DNA from: Chloroflexota bacterium
Lineage (GTDB): Bacteria > Chloroflexota > Limnocylindria > QHBO01
Assembly (NCBI GenBank): GCA_040902225.1
Contig: JBBDXT010000002.1
Coordinates: forward strand, 30,036 to 94,035
DNA: 64,000 bases
Direction of reading: 5' to 3'
The position numbers and the translations under genes are program-made. Positions within the stretch are counted from its first letter, which is position 1. Every line of letters starts with the position of its first letter. Shown here piece by piece: positions 46,037 to 54,810 of this stretch. Below the pieces are notes generated by a model that saw only the letters and a program-made list of their open reading frames with translations, searched no databases and was not told where the DNA came from.

Positions 46037-47276
46037 CCAGGAGCCCCGGAGTCAGATCGAGCTGACGATCGACAACCTGATGCGGAGGGACCTGATCAGC
46101 CGTCGGACCTTCATGCGCCGCGCCGGGCGAGGTGGTTTGGCGTTCGGCGCCGCGCTCACGCTGCCATCCCTTCTGGCTGCCTGCGCCACGCCGGGCTCGT
46201 CCGTCTCGAACAAGCTCGCCTGGCTCAACTGGGAGTTCTATATCGACGAGACCGAGGATGGCTCAAGCCACCCGAGCCTCGACGCATTCACCACGGAAAC
46301 GGGGATTGAGGTCGAGTACGACGTTGGTCTGCTCGACAACGCCGATTTCCTGGCCAAGTATTCGCCAGACCTGCGCGCGGGCAACGCCACCGGGTGGGAC
46401 ATCATGTCGCCCGGCAGCTGGGTCGTGGAGCGCATGGCCCGCAATGGGTGGCTGGAGGAGCTCGATCACTCCAAGCTGCCCAACTGGACGGAGAACTGCG
46501 CGGACTACGCCAAGGGCCTGTGGGCCGACCCGGAAAACAAGTACAGCGTCTGGTGGCAGGGCGGGATCACCGGCATCGCCTACGACCCGGAGCTGACCGA
46601 GCGCGAGATCACCACCTTCGACGACCTGCTGGATCCGGCGTTCTCGGGGCGAGTCGGCGGCTTCAGTGACATGCGCGACATGTTCGGTCTGGCGCTCCTC
46701 TCGCTGGGCATCGAGCCGGCCAATGCGACCGTCGATGACGTGAAGAAGGCCCAGGAGAGGCTCCTCTCAGTGGAGAAGGGCCACTTCCGAGGCTGGTATG
46801 GCAACGAGTATTACGAACCACTGGCCGCCGGGGATCTGGCCATCAGCGTCGCCTGGTCGGGCGACATCAGCCAGATGAACTTCTACGACAACGACAAGGT
46901 GAAGTTCATCGTTCCCGACAGCGGCGGGATGCGCTGGAACGACAACCTCGTGATCCCCAAGGGTGCCGCCAACATCGAGGGTGCACACAAGCTGATCGAC
47001 TACTACTACGGCATGGATGCTGCGGCCATGTTGTCGGAGTGGGTCGGCTACTTCTCTCCGGTGGCGGGAATCGAGGAGCGGGTCCTGGAAGACGCCGAGG
47101 CCGCCAGGGCGGACGACCCGGAGTGGGCCGACACGCTGACGGCGATCGCACCCACCCTGGTCCCGACTGAGGACCAGATCGCGGGGACCTACGTCGACAA
47201 GCAGCTGACCGAGGAAGAAGAGACCGAGTGGAACGACCTCTTTGAGGTTGTGCTCACGAACCTGGCCCCCGCGTAG
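46029..47276 (+). CDS. potD: polyamine-type ABC substrate-binding protein (TAT signal plus lipobox)
   Basis: ATG 46029 (SD gaaggagag). SRRTFMRRAG twin-arginine motif and LLAAC lipobox. PotD/PotF-like length. Confidence 0.8.
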   Translation: MSDQEPRSQIELTIDNLMRRDLISRRTFMRRAGRGGLAFGAALTLPSLLAACATPGSSVSNKLAWLNWEFYIDETEDGSSHPSLDAFTTETGIEVEYDVGLLDNADFLAKYSPDLRAGNATGWDIMSPGSWVVERMARNGWLEELDHSKLPNWTENCADYAKGLWADPENKYSVWWQGGITGIAYDPELTEREITTFDDLLDPAFSGRVGGFSDMRDMFGLALLSLGIEPANATVDDVKKAQERLLSVEKGHFRGWYGNEYYEPLAAGDLAISVAWSGDISQMNFYDNDKVKFIVPDSGGMRWNDNLVIPKGAANIEGAHKLIDYYYGMDAAAMLSEWVGYFSPVAGIEERVLEDAEAARADDPEWADTLTAIAPTLVPTEDQIAGTYVDKQLTEEEETEWNDLFEVVLTNLAPA

Positions 47277-47304
47277 TCCATCGCTGATAACGCCGGGGCG
47301 TTCG

Positions 47305-48153
47305 GTGCGCCGCGGGCTCGCGCCACTCTTCCTGCTCCTCCCCGGCGGAGGCTGGCTGGTCGTTTTCTTCGCCGTGCCGATGGCGCTCATGCTGGCCGTC
47401 TCGCTGCAGACCGGGACATTCGACACTGGCTACAAGCTGACCTGGAACTTCGGGATCTATCCTGAGGTCATTGCCCAGTACTGGGAGCTCTACTTCCGCT
47501 CGGCAACCTTCGCCCTGATCACTACCGCGCTGACCCTGGCCATCGGCTACCCGGTGGCGTACACCATCGCATTCCGGGGAGGACGCTTCAAGAACGCCCT
47601 CCTGCTGCTGGTGGTGCTGCCTTTCTTCGTGAGTTTCGTGATCCGCACCCTGAATTGGCGAATGATCCTGTCCGATAACGGCCTGGTGCTCGGCTTCCTC
47701 AAGGACCTGGGCCTGCTCCCGCCCGAGTACCACTTCCTTGCGACGCCGGAGGCGGTGATCCTGGGCCTGACCTACAACTTCCTGCCGTTCATGATTCTGC
47801 CTCTGTACGTTGCCCTCGAGAAGATTGACCGGCGCCTGATCGAAGCTGCCACCGACCTGTACGCCAGCCGCGCCCAGGCCTTCTGGCGGGTCACGTTCGT
47901 CCTGTCGCTGCCAGGAGTGGTGGCGGGATCGTTGCTGACCTTCATCCCCACGGTGGGTGACTTCATCACGGCCGAAGTGATCGGGTCCGGCAACCCCCAG
48001 GTCTTCATGGTCGGCAACATCATCCAGCGCAAGTTCCTCGACAGCCTCGACTACCCCGCTGCGGCGGCGCTGGCCTTCGTGCTGGTGGTGGCGGTGATGG
48101 GACTGGTGACGGTGTACACGAGGCTGCTCGGCAGCGACCGCCTGACCGGATGA
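47305..48153 (+). CDS. potB: polyamine-type ABC permease
   Basis: Start tentatively GTG 47305 (VRRGLAPLFLLLPGGGWLVVFF). Polytopic, with an EAA-like loop LIEAATDLYASRAQAFWRVTF. Confidence 0.8.
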   Translation: MRRGLAPLFLLLPGGGWLVVFFAVPMALMLAVSLQTGTFDTGYKLTWNFGIYPEVIAQYWELYFRSATFALITTALTLAIGYPVAYTIAFRGGRFKNALLLLVVLPFFVSFVIRTLNWRMILSDNGLVLGFLKDLGLLPPEYHFLATPEAVILGLTYNFLPFMILPLYVALEKIDRRLIEAATDLYASRAQAFWRVTFVLSLPGVVAGSLLTFIPTVGDFITAEVIGSGNPQVFMVGNIIQRKFLDSLDYPAAAALAFVLVVAVMGLVTVYTRLLGSDRLTG

Positions 48154-48160
48154 CAGGCAC

Positions 48161-49021
48161 ATGACGTCCGACGTTCGCTCGCACAGCACTCCATCCGTGC
48201 GTTCTCGCCTGGGGAACCTGGCGCTTCCCGCCTTCACCGGGCTGCTGTTCCTCTTCCTCTTCGCCCCGATCGCGGTGATGATCGTCTTCAGCTTCAACGA
48301 TCCGGGTGGACGCCAGAACATCACCTGGCAGGGTTTCACCCTCCGGAACTACGTCGACCTGTGGGGCCGTTCGGTCATCACCAGCGCCATAACTGTCAGC
48401 CTCGCAGTGGCCGCCATCTCGACCCTCGTTGCGACCACCTTCGGCACCATGATCGGCCTGGCGCTGACGCGCCATGCATTTCGTGGCAAGTGGCTGTTGA
48501 ATCTGCTCATCTTCATCCCGATGACTGCACCGGAGATCATCCTTGGAGCCTCGCTGCTGACACTCTGGGTCAGCCTGGGCACCGAGCGCGGTTTTTGGAC
48601 CATCCTCGCCGCCCACGTCATGTTCAACATCAGCTTCGTGGTCGTCACCGTGCGGGCACGCCTGGCCGGCATGAACCAATCCCTCGAGGAGGCTGGGATG
48701 GACCTCTACGCCGACAGCTGGACGACGTTCTGGAAGGTCACATTCCCGCTCATCTTCCCAGGCATCCTCTCGGCTGCGCTGCTCGCCTTCGCGCTGTCGA
48801 TCGACGACTACGTGATCACCGTCTTCTCATCCGGCCGCACCGTGACCTTCCCGCTATGGGTCTACGGCGCAAGCCGGTTCGGGATCCCTCCGGAGGTCAA
48901 CGTGCTCGGCACGCTCATCCTCCTTATCGCGCTGGTGTTCATCGCCGTCCAGGTCTGGAGTCAGCGTAGCGCCGGCCGCTCGACAGAACCGGCGACGCCG
49001 GTCACGATCGCGATGCGATGA
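48161..49021 (+). CDS. potC: polyamine-type ABC permease
   Basis: Polytopic, EAA-like loop LEEAGMDLYADSWTTFWKVTFP. Stop overlaps the next start (ATGA). Confidence 0.85.
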   Translation: MTSDVRSHSTPSVRSRLGNLALPAFTGLLFLFLFAPIAVMIVFSFNDPGGRQNITWQGFTLRNYVDLWGRSVITSAITVSLAVAAISTLVATTFGTMIGLALTRHAFRGKWLLNLLIFIPMTAPEIILGASLLTLWVSLGTERGFWTILAAHVMFNISFVVVTVRARLAGMNQSLEEAGMDLYADSWTTFWKVTFPLIFPGILSAALLAFALSIDDYVITVFSSGRTVTFPLWVYGASRFGIPPEVNVLGTLILLIALVFIAVQVWSQRSAGRSTEPATPVTIAMR

Positions 49022-50361
49022 CGCAACCGACCGGCGGACGGACCATCGACGAGCGGGTTGACGACAGCGCCGTTTGGCTAGCTCGCCGCGCCGGCGTGCC
49101 GCCGGTCTGGGCCCGTTACACCGACCTGGTGGTCGAGCGCGGCATCGGCTCGTGGATCGAGACGATCGACGGCGAGCGGTACCTCGACTACACCTGCGGG
49201 ATCGGGGTCACCAACACCGGCCACGCGCACCCACGGGTTGCCGCAGCGATCGCCGAGCAGGCCGGCAGGATCATCCACGCCCAGCAGAACATCCTGTATC
49301 ACAAGCCCGGCCTCGAGCTTCATGCGCGCCTGCCGCGCACCTTCCCCGGGCTCCGTGACGGGGAGGAGGCAGGGCTCTTCCTCTCGAACTCGGGGGCCGA
49401 GGCGATAGAGGCGTCCGTCAAGCTGGCCAAGTACTCCACGCGGCGGCCCGCCATCATCGCTTTCCGAGGTGGGTTCCACGGCCGCACCCACGGCGCGATG
49501 GCGCTGACCAGCTCCGGGGTCAAGTACCGCGGCCACTTCGAGCCGCTGCTCGGCGGCGTGCACTTCGCGCCCTACCCGTACGTGCTGCGCAACCCGACCG
49601 GTCGCGACGCCGACGCAGCGGTGGCATTCAGCCTGGCCGGCATCGAGGAGCTCTTCGCGACCGTCGTCTACCCCGATGACGTGGCCGCCTTCCTGGTCGA
49701 GCCGATCCTGGGCGAGGGCGGCTACGTGCTCCCGCCGGATGGCTTCCTGCCCGCGCTGCGTGAGGTCGCCGATCGGCACGGCATCCTGCTGATCGCCGAC
49801 GAGGTGCAGTCCGGCATGGGACGCAGCGGCAGGATGTGGGCGACCGATTGGTACGATGCACGCCCGGATATCGTAGTGATCGCCAAGGGAATCGCCTCGG
49901 GGATGCCGCTCTCCGGCATCATGGCCCGCCGCGAGCTGCTCGACCGGCTGGGGCCCGGCTCCCACGGCGGAACCTACGGCGGCAACGCGGTCGCCTGCGC
50001 CGCGGCCGTGGCCACGCTCGACGTGATCGAGTCGGAGGGGCTGCTCGCCAACGCGGCGCGACAGGGAGAGCGTCTGCTGGCCGGGCTCCGCGAGGTGGCC
50101 GAAGGACACAGCTGCGTCGCCGAGGTGCGAGGGCGAGGGCTGATGATCGGGATCGAGCTTGCGCAGGGCCCGCAGCTGACACCTCGCCCGGACCTGGCCA
50201 AGGGCATCCTGCACGAGGCCTTCGATCGCAAACTGCTCCTGCTCAGCTGCGGCACCCACGGCCAGGTGGTGCGCGTCATCCCGCCGCTGGTCACGACCGA
50301 TGACGAGGTCGAGACCGCGATCGGCGTAATCTCCGAGGCGCTGGCAGCGGTCCGCGCCTAG
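49018..50361 (+). CDS. class III (acetylornithine/GABA/putrescine-type) aminotransferase
   Basis: SNSGAEAIE, LIADEVQSGMGRSGRMW, PLP-Lys context VIAKGIASG, HGGTYGGN. Confidence 0.9.
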   Translation: MTQPTGGRTIDERVDDSAVWLARRAGVPPVWARYTDLVVERGIGSWIETIDGERYLDYTCGIGVTNTGHAHPRVAAAIAEQAGRIIHAQQNILYHKPGLELHARLPRTFPGLRDGEEAGLFLSNSGAEAIEASVKLAKYSTRRPAIIAFRGGFHGRTHGAMALTSSGVKYRGHFEPLLGGVHFAPYPYVLRNPTGRDADAAVAFSLAGIEELFATVVYPDDVAAFLVEPILGEGGYVLPPDGFLPALREVADRHGILLIADEVQSGMGRSGRMWATDWYDARPDIVVIAKGIASGMPLSGIMARRELLDRLGPGSHGGTYGGNAVACAAAVATLDVIESEGLLANAARQGERLLAGLREVAEGHSCVAEVRGRGLMIGIELAQGPQLTPRPDLAKGILHEAFDRKLLLLSCGTHGQVVRVIPPLVTTDDEVETAIGVISEALAAVRA

Positions 50362-50864
50362 CCCTCGACCGGTTCCGGCGCCAATCGGCGGTAGCGCGAG
50401 CCGAACCAGAGAAGCGGCTCGCCGCTCTCCTCGTAGCCGGCGGCCACGATCTCGCCGATGAAGATGGTGTGCGTGCCGGCGGCATGCGATTCGTGCAGCC
50501 GGCAATCGAAGAAGGCGATGGCGCCGTCCAGGATCGGTGAGCCGGTCTCCGCCTCATGCCACGGCGCGTCACAGAAGCGCTGCAGCTTTCCGGCCGTGGT
50601 GGGCAGGGCGAAGCAATCCGCGATCGAGCGCTGATCCTCTCCGAGGACGCTGACCGCGAACGAGTGGCTGCCCACCATGGCGACGTGCGTCTCGCTTCCC
50701 CGGTTGATGCTGACCATCAGCAGCGGCGGGTCGAGGCTGATCGAGGCGATCGCATTCGCCGTCATCCCGGCCAGCAATGGCCCATGCCGCGCGGCGACCA
50801 CCGTCACGCCGGTTGCGAAGCGGCCCATCATCGCCCGCAGCCAGAGGCCGCGATCGTCGTCCAT
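50358..50864 (-). CDS. flavin reductase family protein
   Basis: Start ATG 50864 (MDDDRGLWLRAMMGRFATGVTVVAA). FATGVTVV... and PILDGAIAFFDCRL are typical of HpaC/NADH:flavin reductase domains. Confidence 0.85.
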   Translation of the reverse strand: MDDDRGLWLRAMMGRFATGVTVVAARHGPLLAGMTANAIASISLDPPLLMVSINRGSETHVAMVGSHSFAVSVLGEDQRSIADCFALPTTAGKLQRFCDAPWHEAETGSPILDGAIAFFDCRLHESHAAGTHTIFIGEIVAAGYEESGEPLLWFGSRYRRLAPEPVEG

Positions 50865-50868
50865 CGGC

Positions 50869-51162
50869 TCAGCGGTAGCGCTCCAGCCGCTCGACGATGG
50901 CATTGGCGACCGCCCAGTCCTCCTCGGTCGGCTGCTGGCCACGGTGCAGGTGGACCAGCGGAACCGTGTTCCACGAGGGACCGTCGACCTGCGGGATGTG
51001 GGTCGCCAGGTCGCCTCGATCCAGGACCGCCACGATCGTCGCTCCCCGCTCGCCTCCACGCTCGATGGCCAGCTCGAGCGAACTCGCGAACTCCTCGGGC
51101 GGGCCGAACTCCTGGCCGATGCGCATGGCGATCAGGCCGGAGGTGGGAGGGGTCAGAGCCAT
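50869..51162 (-). CDS. hypothetical protein (97 aa)
   Basis: Start set at MALTPPTSGLIAMRIGQEF within ORF 50869..51261. G/C-ending codons predominate. 10-nt overlap with the upstream gene. No motif recognised. Confidence 0.5.
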   Translation of the reverse strand: MALTPPTSGLIAMRIGQEFGPPEEFASSLELAIERGGERGATIVAVLDRGDLATHIPQVDGPSWNTVPLVHLHRGQQPTEEDWAVANAIVERLERYR

Positions 51163-51530
51163 CCCAGCGTCCGAAGCAGCCAGCCGAAGAACGTGACGCT
51201 GCCGAGCAGGGCGAAGCCGAGCGCGGCGATCACCAGCCCAAAGCCGATGGCGTTGGCCCACGCGGGCACGTTCGAGGGTGCGGAGCCGATCGAGCCCTGC
51301 GACAGCCAGATGGCCAGCGCATCGCCGTCGACCCGCATCTCGACGTCGCTGTCGAGCGGCACGATGATCACCCGCTCTCGCTCGGGACTCCCCGCTTCCA
51401 CGGTGACCAGCGCTCGTGGCTGCTCGCCTTCGCGGACCAGCACGGCGTGGTTGCCGACCGCATTGGTCAAGGGCTCAGCCTCGAGACGCCCGTTCGGGCC
51501 GAGGGGAAACGGGGCCTGCGTACCCTCCAT
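51153..51530 (-). CDS. hypothetical C-terminally membrane-anchored protein (125 aa)
   Basis: ORF 51153..51530. Soluble N-terminal part plus hydrophobic tail NAIGFGLVIAALGFALLGSVTFFGWLL. In an operon context. Confidence 0.55.
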   Translation of the reverse strand: MEGTQAPFPLGPNGRLEAEPLTNAVGNHAVLVREGEQPRALVTVEAGSPERERVIIVPLDSDVEMRVDGDALAIWLSQGSIGSAPSNVPAWANAIGFGLVIAALGFALLGSVTFFGWLLRTLGWL

Positions 51531-51558
51531 GCACCGAGCATACCGCCCCGTGGCAGAT

Positions 51559-52491
51559 CTAGGCGCGGAGCTCCTTCAGCATCGGTGCGAGCCCGGCGAT
51601 CGTCTCCGCGTTGATGGGGTCGAGAACCAGCTGGACATGCGCAACGCCCTCGGCCTCGAATTCGCGCAGGGTCGCCGCCAGGGTGGCTGGATCGCTCGGG
51701 ATCGGCCTGACATCGGGCTCCTTCAGGTCGCCCAGCGACCTGCCTTTCGCACCCGGGAAGCCCACCAGCAGCGCCAGCGTGCGCTCAACCTCAGCGGGCT
51801 CGCGGCCGGCCGCCCGGCATGCCGCGTCGATCTTCTCGCGCAGCGGCCGGTAGCCCTCCACGCTGTTGCCGAACCAGGTGAACCAGGCGTTCCAGGCCTG
51901 GGCCCAGGGGAGCGTGATGGCCAGCATCCGCTCGCCCATCGAGCCGACCAGGAGCGGCGGCCCCTCACCATGCGCGTGGCGCGGCCCGCGCGGCAGCAGC
52001 TCGCAGTCCTGCAGGTCGTAGTAGGTGCCGTGGAAGTCGCAGCGCCCGTCTACGAGGAGCGTGCGAATGATCGTGAAAGCCTCCTCGAAGCGGCTGACCC
52101 GATGGTCGAACGGGAAGCCATAGGCCAGGTATTCAGTCTCGTTCCAGCCGGCGCCGAGGCCGAGGATCAGCCTTCCGCCGGAGATCTCGTCCACGGTGGC
52201 GGCATGCTTGGCGAGCATGGCAGGGTTATGGAAGCTGGCCGCCGCCACCAACGGCCCGATCTGCACCCGTTCCGTCACCGCGGCGATGCCGGCGAGGGTG
52301 GTCCAGGCCTCCCACGGTCCCCGCGGCGGCAGCCCGTCACCCCGATACAGCAGGTGATCGCCCACCCAGATCGAGTCGAGGCCGATCTCATCGGCCGTGC
52401 GAGCCATCTCGCGCAGATGCGGCCACCGGGCCACCCATTCGACCTCCGGCAGTTGGACTCCCACCTTCATGCGCTCGGTCATGGGGGCCAT
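51559..52491 (-). CDS. LLM class (luciferase-like) flavin/F420-dependent oxidoreductase
   Basis: KVGVQLPEVEW..., IWVGDHLLY, LILGLGAGWNETEY. ~310 aa as for LLM F420-type enzymes. Confidence 0.85.
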   Translation of the reverse strand: MAPMTERMKVGVQLPEVEWVARWPHLREMARTADEIGLDSIWVGDHLLYRGDGLPPRGPWEAWTTLAGIAAVTERVQIGPLVAAASFHNPAMLAKHAATVDEISGGRLILGLGAGWNETEYLAYGFPFDHRVSRFEEAFTIIRTLLVDGRCDFHGTYYDLQDCELLPRGPRHAHGEGPPLLVGSMGERMLAITLPWAQAWNAWFTWFGNSVEGYRPLREKIDAACRAAGREPAEVERTLALLVGFPGAKGRSLGDLKEPDVRPIPSDPATLAATLREFEAEGVAHVQLVLDPINAETIAGLAPMLKELRA

Positions 52492-52618
52492 TGTGCCGGG
52501 TCCACTCCGGTAAGCGCGCCGTAAGCGGGCCGGGCTAGTGTTCAGATCATCTGATCAGTCCGCGTATGCGGCTGCGCCGAACCGGTGGGGCGGGTAAGCC
52601 ATCGGGAGCACGGGGACG

Positions 52619-52642
52619 CCCTCGTCACCCGGGTGACGAGGG
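52619..52642 (-). terminator. perfect 24-bp palindrome downstream of the VWA gene
   Basis: CCCTCGTCACCCGGGTGACGAGGG lies between the VWA stop (52708) and the LLM start (52491). No U-tract. It could equally be a protein-binding site. Confidence 0.35.
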
Positions 52643-52707
52643 GGCTCGATGAGCCGAAAAGCGGCCCGAATCCCCCGCCGCGCGCTGCTCACGCCCTGTT
52701 GCCAGGA

Positions 52708-54741
52708 TCAGGCGACGCGCTTGCGCTTCTTGCTGACGTAGTCGACCAGGACGTACTCGCCGAGGTGCTCGGGCTCCACGTAGAAGGCACGACCGCGATT
52801 GATCCGGCTCATCAGGTCGACGAACTCGGAAAGGTACCGCGACCGCTCCAGCATGAAGGTGTTGATCACGATCCCCTCCCGGGTCGCGCGCCCCACCTCC
52901 CGCAGAGTCGACTGCATGGTCCGCATGGTCGGCGGGTAGGCGAACTCGACCTGGCCGTTGGCGATATGCGCGGTCGGCTCGCCATCGGTAATCACCACGA
53001 TCTCCTTGTTGCCGCCGCTGCGACGGCCGAGCAGCTGGCGGGCGATGATCAGCGCGTGCTGGAGGTTGGTCCCGTACTCGAACTCGTACGGTGATAGGGT
53101 GGCGATCGCCTCCGGCTTGATCTGGCGCGCGAAGTACGCGAAGCCGACCACGTACAGCCGGTCGCGCGGGTACTTCGTGTGAATCAGGGTATGGAGCGCC
53201 ATCGCCACCCGTTTGGCGGCGGTTGAGCAGCCTCGAAGCAGCATCGATCGGCTCATATCAAGCAGCAGCACCGTTGAGCTGACCGTGGTCTCCTCGGACC
53301 GATGCACCTCGAAATCGCCCGGCGCGATGCGGACGGGGGTTCCCGGTCCGTTGCGGGCCATCGCATTGAAGAGGGTCCGATTGAGGTCGACAGCGAACGG
53401 GTCCCCATGCTCGAACGGCTTGGTTTCATCCGTCTGCTCGCCGCCACTCCCCGAAGACGGCAGTGCGTGGCCGCCGAGGGACTCACGCCGCAACCGGCTG
53501 AAGATATCCGTCAGCGCGCGCATCCCCAGCTTGCGGGCTGCACGCGGCGTCAGCTCCAGCCGATCGTCCCCGCGCTCCAGGTAGCCCGCCTCCTCCAGCG
53601 CCCGGGTCAGCGCGCGCAGCTGCTCGAGGTCCCCGGTAGCCTCGTCGCCACCGAGTGCCCGGAGTGCCTCGGCATCGATCTGCTCCAGTGAGTCGGGGTC
53701 GCGGGCTGCCAGCAGCTCCTCCTCCATGGCGTCGAAGCGCTGCTGCCGATCGATGGCGTCGAGCGCCTCGGGCAGCCCCAGCGGCTCGTCGCCGCTGAAC
53801 GGATACGGCTCCCCGAAGGGGGTATCGGGGCGGAGGGCCTGGAGGGCGCCGGCCAGGCGCGCCATGTCCCACCGCAGGCGATCGTCGCGCAGCAGCTCGT
53901 CCATCATCTCCTGGAGCTCGGCCCGCATCTCGGGACTCAGTGATGCCATGAGGGATGCCATCTGTGAGGCCTGGCGGTGCAGGTGATCGATCAGCTGGTC
54001 GACCGTCTCGATCCCGGGCGGGAAGTAGTGCCCGTGTCGGACCATGAAGGAGGCGAAGTCGGCGCTCGTGTCGGAGCCCGCCGCATGCTTCTCGAGCAGC
54101 TTGTTGAGGTCGCGGACCATCGCCCGCACGCCGTCGAGATCCTCGGGCGAGATGCCGGCGACCCCCTCCTTCAGCCCATGGAAGTAGGTCTGCAGGAGCT
54201 GCTGGCGAAGCTCGTCGGTGAGGGCGTTGAATGCGTCGCGTGCATCGGCATCCATGAACTCGTAGTCGCGCAGGCTCGTCAGCCGCCCTGCCAGGTCGTC
54301 CGGCAGGGCGTCGAGGCGGTCGCGCCGCTGTTGTGCGGTGCGACTCAGGACCTGCTCCGCCATCCGTGCCTGGTCCTGCGCCGGTCCCGGCGCCGCGTCA
54401 AGGGATCGTTGCTCGGCCTCGTGGACACGCCGCTCTATCCCCGCCCGCTCCTGCTCGACGATCTGCTCCAGCCGTGCCGCGACATCGTCGAGCATGCCGT
54501 CCAGGTTCGCCTTTGACAGCTCCTCCGCGCGACGAGCGCGTAGCTGCTCCACGATCCGCCGCAACCCCGGTACGTCGCCACCGCGCGTGCCGCGCATGCC
54601 CCGCTGCATCAAGCGTTGCAGGGCGCGCCGGATATCGCCCTCGGCAAGGATGTCCTCCGAGAGCGCCTCCAGCACATCGTCGGCGTCAAAGGGAGGCAGG
54701 CTCTGGCTGCCATCCCAGTGCGAGTAGCGGTAGCTGGTCAC
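52708..54741 (-). CDS. VWA domain protein with long helical N-terminal region (partner of the ChlI-like ATPase)
   Basis: 677 aa. C-terminal VWA with MIDAS TVLLLDMSRSM. N-terminal 400 aa charged/helical (MTSYRYSHWDGSQSLPPFDADDVLEAL...). Confidence 0.85.
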   Translation of the reverse strand: MTSYRYSHWDGSQSLPPFDADDVLEALSEDILAEGDIRRALQRLMQRGMRGTRGGDVPGLRRIVEQLRARRAEELSKANLDGMLDDVAARLEQIVEQERAGIERRVHEAEQRSLDAAPGPAQDQARMAEQVLSRTAQQRRDRLDALPDDLAGRLTSLRDYEFMDADARDAFNALTDELRQQLLQTYFHGLKEGVAGISPEDLDGVRAMVRDLNKLLEKHAAGSDTSADFASFMVRHGHYFPPGIETVDQLIDHLHRQASQMASLMASLSPEMRAELQEMMDELLRDDRLRWDMARLAGALQALRPDTPFGEPYPFSGDEPLGLPEALDAIDRQQRFDAMEEELLAARDPDSLEQIDAEALRALGGDEATGDLEQLRALTRALEEAGYLERGDDRLELTPRAARKLGMRALTDIFSRLRRESLGGHALPSSGSGGEQTDETKPFEHGDPFAVDLNRTLFNAMARNGPGTPVRIAPGDFEVHRSEETTVSSTVLLLDMSRSMLLRGCSTAAKRVAMALHTLIHTKYPRDRLYVVGFAYFARQIKPEAIATLSPYEFEYGTNLQHALIIARQLLGRRSGGNKEIVVITDGEPTAHIANGQVEFAYPPTMRTMQSTLREVGRATREGIVINTFMLERSRYLSEFVDLMSRINRGRAFYVEPEHLGEYVLVDYVSKKRKRVA

Positions 54742-54810
54742 GACCGCAGACTGGATGGCGGAGTCGAAGCCGCTCGTAACGCCGCGGCCAAGCCTGCAGC
54801 AGCCACCGCC

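Noticed and set aside
50358-50361. Convergent aminotransferase and flavin reductase genes share their stop codons in the palindrome CTAG.
   Set aside because: It is a real feature of the sequence but most likely coincidental tight packing. No regulatory meaning can be argued.
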